Below, piece after piece: positions 1 through 6,523 of a DNA stretch of 51,011 bases. The DNA comes from Acidimicrobiales bacterium (GTDB lineage Bacteria; Actinomycetota; Acidimicrobiia; Acidimicrobiales; SZUA-35). The translations under genes were made by a program, and so were the position numbers. Positions within the stretch are counted from its first letter, which is position 1, and each line of letters opens with the position of its first letter. The notes under the pieces were generated by a model. That model was not told where the DNA came from. It did not search any database and worked only from the letters and a program-made list of their open reading frames with translations. Location of the stretch: positions 1 through 51,011 of the forward strand of contig JAHELU010000004.1 in NCBI GenBank assembly GCA_024644005.1, read 5' to 3'.

Positions 1-238
1 CGGGGGCGACAATGCGGTCAACGAGACGATGATGGCCAAGCACATCGCAACGGAGACCGTCGGACGGGTGGTGGACAGCGCCATCCAGACCGTCGGCGGG
101 CAGGCGCTGACCGGCGGCCATCCCCTCGAGTCCATCCATCGGCGGGTCCGCAGCCTCCGCCTGGCCGAGGGCACGAGCGACGTCCTTGCGCTGAACGTGG
201 CCAGGGGCCGGCTCGACCTCGACCTCGGCCGCATCTGA
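1..238 (+). CDS. Acyl-CoA dehydrogenase family protein, C-terminal fragment (runs off the left edge)
   Basis: MAKHIATETVGRVVDSAIQTVGGQAL...RRVRSLRLAEGTSDV matches the ACAD C-terminal pattern (AxQxxGGxG ... RxxxIxEGTxE); frame is open to the window edge. Confidence 0.85.
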   Translation, partial: GGDNAVNETMMAKHIATETVGRVVDSAIQTVGGQALTGGHPLESIHRRVRSLRLAEGTSDVLALNVARGRLDLDLGRI

Positions 239-262
239 GCGGGTCGCCGTGGTCGACGTCGG

Positions 263-862
263 TCAGGGGTTGTTGCTCGTCTGCTCGGCATCGAACGTCA
301 GCGTCGCCGTGGTCGCGCCACCCTGACCGCTGGTGGCAGCCAGCGGGAGCGTCACGTTCAGGCAGAGGTCTTCAAACGCCGCCGGGCCGAGGGTGCGGTC
401 GCCCGGATCGGCTCCCGGAGCGTTCGAGCCGAACAGCGCCGTGGTGGCCACGGTCCCGAGCGGGCCGCTGTAGAGCGTGGCGCCGCCCACGTTCCAGTTG
501 GCATCGTCGCAGCTCGCCACGCCGCTGCGGACGGTCAGGACGAGCTCTGCGGCCAGTGTGTCCTCGGTCGTCGTCGAGGTCGCGGCATAACGGAGATCGA
601 GGGATCCTGCGTTGGTGATCCGCAGCGGTGCCGTCACCTGGTCGCCCGGCACCATGGTCGACATCGTGACGACGGCGCTCGCCGGGCTGGCGGCTATGTC
701 GATCGTGCCGGTCGTGAACGCGTTCGATCCGACGGCCTCGCTGTCGGTGAAGAGCGCGAGCGACGACACGGTGACGGTGGCCACCCCGACCAACAGCACG
801 GCCAGGGTCAGGACGATCTTGATGAGACCGACACTGCTGGTCTCGGGTCTTGTCTCGCGCAT
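263..862 (-). CDS. TasA/CalY (camelysin)-like secreted protein with SipW-type signal peptide (subunit 1, subtype B), 199 aa
   Basis: ATG at 862 with GGAGGAG RBS at 871-877; hydrophobic leader ending SSLA|LFTD, then NAFTTGTIDI, MVPGD, ITNAGSLDLRY and C-terminal LTFDAEQ, all typical of TasA-family proteins. Confidence 0.85.
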   Translation of the reverse strand: MRETRPETSSVGLIKIVLTLAVLLVGVATVTVSSLALFTDSEAVGSNAFTTGTIDIAASPASAVVTMSTMVPGDQVTAPLRITNAGSLDLRYAATSTTTEDTLAAELVLTVRSGVASCDDANWNVGGATLYSGPLGTVATTALFGSNAPGADPGDRTLGPAAFEDLCLNVTLPLAATSGQGGATTATLTFDAEQTSNNP

Positions 863-1548
863 GGTCCGTTCTCCTCCAGTCCTATCGACCGGGCCCGATC
901 GGTGCTGAGCGCGCGAAGGTGGGGATGGTTCGATCGGCCCAGGGGGAACCGGTCCAGTCGAGCGCGCCGGTGTCGCCAGATCCGGCGCAGCACCAGCGTC
1001 GACTGCACCCCCACCGCCAGCAGCACCACCCCACCGCCGATCAGCGGGGACCCCAGGGCGAGCAGCAACCGCCCGACCCCGGGGACGACCCATCGCCCGA
1101 CGAGCTCCCTGGGTCGGAGGTGGTAGGGGGCTGCATCGATCTGGCGGTTGGCGTCGCCCTGCGTGGTGGCGTAGACGTGGCTTCCGACGCGGTTCAGGTC
1201 GACGACCCGATGGGTGATCGTGCTTCGCCCTTCCCGCCGCATCACGAGGATGTCGCCGACCTCGACCGCGCCGGTCGGCTCGGCGATCACCAGCGAGCCG
1301 GTCGGGACCGCCGGTGTCATGCTCCCCGTCGTGACGACGACCAGTCGGTAACCGGCGGCCAGCGCGCCGACCCCGACGACGGCCAGCCCGATGGACACGA
1401 CACCGACGGTGCGGCAGGCGACCCGGCCGATCCGTCCGCTCTCTCCGATCCGGCCGATCCGTCTGCTCCCGCCCATCCATCGCGGTCGCTCGATCGATGG
1501 CTCCGGGGGGCTCGACGATCGCCGTCCCCGCCGGCGAGTCGCCGTCAC
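808..1548 (-). CDS. sipW: Signal peptidase I, SipW/S26B (ER-type)
   Basis: N-terminal TM, VVTTGSMTP (catalytic Ser), GDILV, ITHRVV (His), TQGDAN...D, C-terminal TM; GTG start overlaps the stop of the upstream TasA-like gene (GTGA). Confidence 0.88.
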   Translation of the reverse strand: MTATRRRGRRSSSPPEPSIERPRWMGGSRRIGRIGESGRIGRVACRTVGVVSIGLAVVGVGALAAGYRLVVVTTGSMTPAVPTGSLVIAEPTGAVEVGDILVMRREGRSTITHRVVDLNRVGSHVYATTQGDANRQIDAAPYHLRPRELVGRWVVPGVGRLLLALGSPLIGGGVVLLAVGVQSTLVLRRIWRHRRARLDRFPLGRSNHPHLRALSTDRARSIGLEENGPCARQDPRPAVSVSSRSS

Positions 1549-2135
1549 GAGTCGTCGCTCTCGATGGCGTGCTCCGCGGCCACGGTCAGCTCGTGGCGCG
1601 ACGCCACGCCCTGGGCCGAATCGGGGGCGTCGATGGCCATCGTGGCGGCAAAGCAGACCAGCTCGACCGCCCCAGGATCGATGGTGCGATCGCCGGGATC
1701 CTCACCGCTGGCGGGATCGCCGAGGAGGGCCACGGAGCCGGCCGTCAGCCGTCGGTCACTCACGAGGGCCTCGGCCGGCGACGGCCCCTGCTCGCAGGCC
1801 GAGGCCGTCCAGATGTCCCAGCTGAGCAGGCCCGTCAACGGCTGGGCCGATGTCTCGAAGCTCAGTGAGTAGCGCAGCGGCAGCGAACCGGCGTTGAGCA
1901 GCTCGACCGATCCGACCATCCGATCCCCCGGCGCGATGTTCGACACGACGATCGGGGTCGTCCTCGTCCCGACCTCTATGTCCAGGGTCCCCGCATCGAG
2001 GCGATAGGTGCCGAGGCGCTGGGCGGCCCCGAACGCGGCCTGTCCCCGCTGGGCCCTCACGAGGATCACCCCGGGGACGATCAGTGCCGCCGTGACGACG
2101 AGAGCGCCGATGACGACGAGCGCCTGCCGCCTCAT
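1545..2135 (-). CDS. TasA/CalY-like secreted protein (subunit 2, subtype B), 196 aa
   Basis: ATG at 2135 after GGAAGG; leader MRRQALVVIGALVV...GQA|AFG, then AGTLDI, IAPGD, LLNAGSLPLRY, DPGDRT; clear paralog of 263-862. Confidence 0.8.
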   Translation of the reverse strand: MRRQALVVIGALVVTAALIVPGVILVRAQRGQAAFGAAQRLGTYRLDAGTLDIEVGTRTTPIVVSNIAPGDRMVGSVELLNAGSLPLRYSLSFETSAQPLTGLLSWDIWTASACEQGPSPAEALVSDRRLTAGSVALLGDPASGEDPGDRTIDPGAVELVCFAATMAIDAPDSAQGVASRHELTVAAEHAIESDDS

Positions 2136-2179
2136 TGGTCTACCTTCCGATCCACAGCGACGACGGTCCAGCCAGGGAT

Positions 2180-2198
2180 GTTCCGCCGGAGGCGGAAC
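2180..2198. other. Perfect 8-bp hairpin GTTCCGCC-GGA-GGCGGAAC in the inter-module spacer (possible terminator or mRNA stability element)
   Basis: Inverted repeat read directly in the 94-nt gap between 2135 and 2230; no U-tract. Confidence 0.45.
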
Positions 2199-2229
2199 TC
2201 CGTGAGGGGCTGCTCCGCAGCGCCGGCGC

Positions 2230-2844
2230 TCACGACGGGACCGCCTCCCAGACGAAGTCGGCGGTCGACGACCGACCGACCGCCTGTCGCTCGTCCAGCA
2301 CCTCGAACTGGAACCGGAACGACACCGTGGCCCGCCCGTTGCGGATCGTGCCCACCGGGGTGGCGCCCTGGGCGGCCAGCTGGGAGAGGGTGCCGGAGAA
2401 CAAGCGCTCGTCCGGCCGGAAGTCACCGCACGAGTCGAACCCTGCGCCGGTGCCCTTCTCGACATGCACACGGAGGTACCGAGCCAACTCGCCCGTCGTG
2501 TTGGCGACGAGCGTCAGCTCGACCGGGAGTATGGTCCCGGCGTAGTCGATCCGGATGCACCGCTCCACGGGCTGCTCGGGGCCCATGTTCTCGAGGCGGA
2601 CCAGCGATCGGCCCTGATCGTCGTCGACGAGGGTGATGGTCCCCGTCTCGAACGAGTTACCGCTCACCGTGCCCTCCTGGCGCAACGTCTCGGCCGACGT
2701 GGTGACCACGAGGGTGGCGACGATCAGCGACGAGATGGCGGCGGCGAACGCCCGGCCCGTCGACTTGGCCAGCCGCCGCTCCTGGTGCAGTCCGGTCTCC
2801 TCCGCCGATTCTGATGCCAGCACGTCGTCCAGTGAGCGGGCCAT
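2230..2844 (-). CDS. TasA-like secreted/membrane-anchored protein (subunit 3, subtype A), 204 aa
   Basis: ATG overlaps the stop of the fusion gene (TGATG); hydrophobic segment then GNSFETGTITL, MGPEQPVERCIRIDYAGT, DSCGDFR, ADFVWEA. Confidence 0.75.
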   Translation of the reverse strand: MARSLDDVLASESAEETGLHQERRLAKSTGRAFAAAISSLIVATLVVTTSAETLRQEGTVSGNSFETGTITLVDDDQGRSLVRLENMGPEQPVERCIRIDYAGTILPVELTLVANTTGELARYLRVHVEKGTGAGFDSCGDFRPDERLFSGTLSQLAAQGATPVGTIRNGRATVSFRFQFEVLDERQAVGRSSTADFVWEAVPS

Positions 2845-5768
2845 CAGGCGGTCTCCACCCGATCCCGACCCCGCTCGACCATGCCGTCGATGTCCGACGC
2901 AGGGAGCGGACGGTGGAACACGAAGCCCTGGACCAGGTGACATCCGACCCCGGCGACCGTCGACAGCTGATCCTCGGTCTCGACGCCCTCGGCGATGACC
3001 ACGAGGTCGAGCTTCCGAGCGAGGTCGACGATCGACTCCAGGACGATCCGCTCCGTCTCCGAGTCGGCGCTGTTGACGACCAGCATGCGGTCGAGCTTCA
3101 CCCCGACCACCGGCAGCTTGTGGAGGAAGGCCAGCGACGTCTGCCCCTCGCCGAAGTCGTCGAGCAGCAGGCCCACCCCCAGCTCCCTCAGCGCATGCAT
3201 GTTGTCGAGGATCGCTCCCTGGTCGGGCCTGACCAGGCGCTCGCTGATCTCGATGAAGAGTCGGTCCGGCCCGAAGCCGGACTCGGCGATCGCCGTCGTC
3301 ACGTTCTCCATGAGCTCGGCCGACATCAGCTCTTCCGGTGAGGCGTTCACCGTCACGAACACGGATGAGTCGGGGTCGATGGTCCTCCACCTGGCCCCGT
3401 CCGATGCCGCCCGGTGGAGGATCCAGCGATTCAGGCGGGGCCCGATCCCCACGTCGTCGGCGAGGGCGATGAGCTCGTCCGGCCTCACGGGCCCGTAGAC
3501 CGGATGCGTCCAACGGATGAGGGCCTCGACACCCACCAGGCGATCGATCGCAACATCGATCACCGGCTGGTAGAGCAGGGTCAGCGAGCCGTCGTCCACC
3601 GCCGTCGCCAGGTCGACTGCGAGCTGGGCCCGACGCCCCAGCTCGACGTCGAGCTCCTGGTCGTAGACGACGTACCCGGCCGACCCACGGGCCCGTTTCT
3701 TGGCGCGATACATCGCGACGTCGGCTCGTCGCAGGAGCTCGCTCTGGTCGATGCCGGCCTCTGCGACGGCGATGCCGACGCTGGCGGCGATCGACACCGT
3801 CTCCTGGCCGAGCAGGAACGGTTCCGCCAATCGCTGCTGGATCCGGGTCGCCAGCTCGCTGGCCCGCTGGGGGGGCACCCTACCCTGCAGCAACACGGTG
3901 AACTCGTCACCGCCGAGGCGGGCCACCAGGTCACCGGCCCTCACGGCCTCCCCCAGCCGGGTGGCAACCAGCTTCAGGAGCTCGTCGCCGGCCTCGTGGC
4001 CGAGACGGTCGTTGACGGGCTTGAAGCCGTCGAGGTCGAGGAACAGCAGGATGGGGCTGGCGTCGGGGCTCCGCAGCTCCTCCTCCAGAGCCCCGAGGAG
4101 GCGCGTGCGGTTGGGGAGGCCGGTGAGGGCATCGTGCATCGCCTGGTGCTCGAGCTCGTCGCTGACCGTGGTGAGCTCACCGAGGAGCCGGTCGTTGCGA
4201 AGGGCTACCGCTGCCTGGCCGGCCAGTAGGCGGAGCGCCTCGAAGCGATGGTTGTCGGCTGTGCCGTCGCGACTCCCGGCCCGTAGGACCAGTCGGGCTC
4301 CTGGTTCGTCGTTGACGGTCAGCGCCACCACCGAGGCCAGTCTCGCCTCCTCGAGGGCGGCCGACTCGGCCGGCTCCGGGTCGTCGGCGGTCACGAGGAC
4401 GGCGGAGGAGTCGAGATCGACCGGCCGCAACCCGCTCCCTGCAGCGCCGGGCGCAGGCAGGGTGCCGTCGCCGTCGACGGCCATGATCTGCCACGGACCG
4501 ACGCCGTCGCCGGTGACGATGTCGGCCACGTCGAACCCCAGCTCGAGCGATGCATCGACGATGGCCGAGACGTGGAGATCGCCCAGCCGCGTCACCTCGT
4601 GACCCGTGGCCATGACCCGCTCGAGCATGTGGCCCCGCAGCACCGCTTGGTCGGTCGCTCCTCGCTGCGTCAGCACGTCTCCCAGCAGCTGCTCTGCCAG
4701 ATAGCTGCCGGGCACCACGACGAGGAACAGGACGCTGAGCTGGTCGAGCACCCGTTCCAGCTCGGTGATCAGCGGTTCGGGGCCAGGTACCAGCTCCGAC
4801 ATCGCAATCCGGGCCCCGAGGGTGATCACGGTCAGGATCATCCAGTGCACGAGGGCCCCGACGAGGCCGAATCGCATCGCCGCCTCGATCACGGGCAGGG
4901 CGAACAGCACCCAGCCGATCCCGGACGTCCCGGCCGCCGTGGCCAGGAAGACCACGAGCACCGTGTCGACGGCGAGCTCCAGCAGTGCCGCCCACCTCGT
5001 CTCGATCTTCCATCGCCTGGTCGCAACGATCGACCAGAGATTGACCGCTCCGAGGGCGCCGAGGCCGATCGCCAGCATCGGGACTCGACCGGAGTCGGTG
5101 CCGGCAACGTCGAACCGTGACGGGTCGATGGCGAACTGGACGATCATCAGCACGCCGACGAGGACGCGGACCCGCCACAGGCCCACCTGGGCCGTCGGGA
5201 GCTGGCGCTCGGCGGACAGGTCATGGCGGCGCCGCAGCCGCTGGACGGCGGAGGCGCCCACCACTGCGAAGCTCCCGATCGTCATCGCCCCCCAGGCGAC
5301 GAGCGGAACCACGTCGGCGCGAGCGAACCAGACCACCGGAAGGCCGAGCAGTGGCACCACGAGCTGACCTGTCCCCGCCACCGCTTCCGGGCGGACCGAA
5401 TCGACGTCTGGCGTCGGGTTGCCGTCGCCCTTCGTCACGTACGCGTCGTCCTCGACCGAGAAGATCCGGTGGACGATCAGCTCACCGCCCGGTCGCTCGA
5501 AGACGATGACGGCCCGCTGGGCCAGCAGCTCCGCAGGGTGCTCGTCGATGAGGAGCACGTCTCCCGCCTGCAGCGTCGGCCGCATCGATCCGCTGGTAAC
5601 GACGACCGGCGACCACCCGGCCAGGACCATGCCGAGCACGACCCACAGAGCCATGAGCACGACCAGGTAGACGTAGAGCCAGGCAATCAGCACGGCGGTG
5701 GGCACGACGGCCCGAGCTGCGAGACGCCCCACCCGCCCGAGGGGCCACGAGCGCACGGAGGCCCTCAT
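2844..5768 (-). CDS. Fusion protein: SipW/S26B signal peptidase + multi-TM region + GAF-like region + GGDEF diguanylate cyclase + EAL phosphodiesterase, 974 aa
   Basis: One uninterrupted frame from ATG 5768 (ATGA overlap with the upstream gene). Peptidase motifs VTSGSMRP, IVHRI, TKGDGN...D; several hydrophobic helices; LAGQAAVALRN; HDALTGLPNR, DLDGFKPVND, RAGD-x5-GGDEF; YQP, VEALIRW, IEISE, DDFGEG, KLDR, AEGVET, QGF. Confidence 0.9.
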   Translation of the reverse strand: MRASVRSWPLGRVGRLAARAVVPTAVLIAWLYVYLVVLMALWVVLGMVLAGWSPVVVTSGSMRPTLQAGDVLLIDEHPAELLAQRAVIVFERPGGELIVHRIFSVEDDAYVTKGDGNPTPDVDSVRPEAVAGTGQLVVPLLGLPVVWFARADVVPLVAWGAMTIGSFAVVGASAVQRLRRRHDLSAERQLPTAQVGLWRVRVLVGVLMIVQFAIDPSRFDVAGTDSGRVPMLAIGLGALGAVNLWSIVATRRWKIETRWAALLELAVDTVLVVFLATAAGTSGIGWVLFALPVIEAAMRFGLVGALVHWMILTVITLGARIAMSELVPGPEPLITELERVLDQLSVLFLVVVPGSYLAEQLLGDVLTQRGATDQAVLRGHMLERVMATGHEVTRLGDLHVSAIVDASLELGFDVADIVTGDGVGPWQIMAVDGDGTLPAPGAAGSGLRPVDLDSSAVLVTADDPEPAESAALEEARLASVVALTVNDEPGARLVLRAGSRDGTADNHRFEALRLLAGQAAVALRNDRLLGELTTVSDELEHQAMHDALTGLPNRTRLLGALEEELRSPDASPILLFLDLDGFKPVNDRLGHEAGDELLKLVATRLGEAVRAGDLVARLGGDEFTVLLQGRVPPQRASELATRIQQRLAEPFLLGQETVSIAASVGIAVAEAGIDQSELLRRADVAMYRAKKRARGSAGYVVYDQELDVELGRRAQLAVDLATAVDDGSLTLLYQPVIDVAIDRLVGVEALIRWTHPVYGPVRPDELIALADDVGIGPRLNRWILHRAASDGARWRTIDPDSSVFVTVNASPEELMSAELMENVTTAIAESGFGPDRLFIEISERLVRPDQGAILDNMHALRELGVGLLLDDFGEGQTSLAFLHKLPVVGVKLDRMLVVNSADSETERIVLESIVDLARKLDLVVIAEGVETEDQLSTVAGVGCHLVQGFVFHRPLPASDIDGMVERGRDRVETA

Positions 5769-6391
5769 GGTCTGGCCTCGATCACGATCCAGAACTCGGT
5801 GCCGAGGCCCTGGGCGGCATTGTCGTCGTCGACCTCCACGATGGTCCGGAAGGTGGTGGTGAGCCCGGATCCGATGTGGGAGCTGAGATCGATACCGTCG
5901 GCGAACGACCCGTGGTCGATCGTCAGGTCGGTGGATCTTCCCTGATAGAGCCGTTCGCTGGTTCGGAAGTCGGCGCAGTCGGTCGCCTCTCCGGTTCCGA
6001 GCTCGAACGTGACCGTGACGAGGTCGCCGAGTCCGGTGTCGGCCCCGCGGTGGCCGTGGAGCCGGATCCGAGCGTCGTCGAGCGTTCCCGAGTAGGTGAG
6101 CTGGAGGCACCGCTCGATGGGCCGCCCCGGGAACACCCTGTCGTCGTCGACCAGCAGCTCGACGGCGGCACTGCCGTCGGAGCCGGTCAAGTCGAGATCG
6201 ATCGCAACGGTTTGGAAGAGGCTGTTCGTGTTCTCGGTCGACGCCGAGAACCTTGCCGAGGCGGTCCGGGCACCGGACCAGACGACGACCAGTGCCGCAA
6301 GCAGGAACAGGGACGCGGCGACGACAGCGCCCTGCGCCCCACCTCGTCGGAGACGAGAGGGAACAGCTCCAGACCCTTCCGATCCAGTAAT
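5765..6391 (-). CDS. TasA-like secreted protein (subunit 4, subtype A); start codon uncertain
   Basis: Leader RLRRGG...VVAASLFLLAALVVVWSGARTASA|RFSA, then NSLFQTVAIDL, FPGRPIERCLQLTYSGT, TDCADFR; paralog of 2230-2844. No in-frame ATG/GTG/TTG ahead of the leader; 6391 is an ATT downstream of AGGAG (6402-6406). Confidence 0.7.
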   Translation of the reverse strand: MTGSEGSGAVPSRLRRGGAQGAVVAASLFLLAALVVVWSGARTASARFSASTENTNSLFQTVAIDLDLTGSDGSAAVELLVDDDRVFPGRPIERCLQLTYSGTLDDARIRLHGHRGADTGLGDLVTVTFELGTGEATDCADFRTSERLYQGRSTDLTIDHGSFADGIDLSSHIGSGLTTTFRTIVEVDDDNAAQGLGTEFWIVIEARP

Positions 6392-6523
6392 GGCGATCAG
6401 GCTCCTGTTCAGCGAATTCGCTGTACCCGTCGGCAGCTCGATCGCCAGTGTGACGATCCGCCGGATCCGCAGCCGGGCGGCGCTCGGTCGACGGCATGTT
6501 GGTTCGGTTGTCCAACCAGGGCC

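Noticed and set aside
2136-2229. Possible c-di-GMP riboswitch in the spacer of the fibre locus
   Set aside because: I could not find the class I (GGCAAAC...GAAA...GACGCAAAGC) or class II signatures by eye; only a simple hairpin. An Rfam scan would settle it.
5769-6515. 249-aa N-terminal extension of the 1223-aa ORF
   Set aside because: Arg-rich shadow translation overlapping the TasA-like subunit 4 frame; the real start fits the ATGA overlap at 5768.
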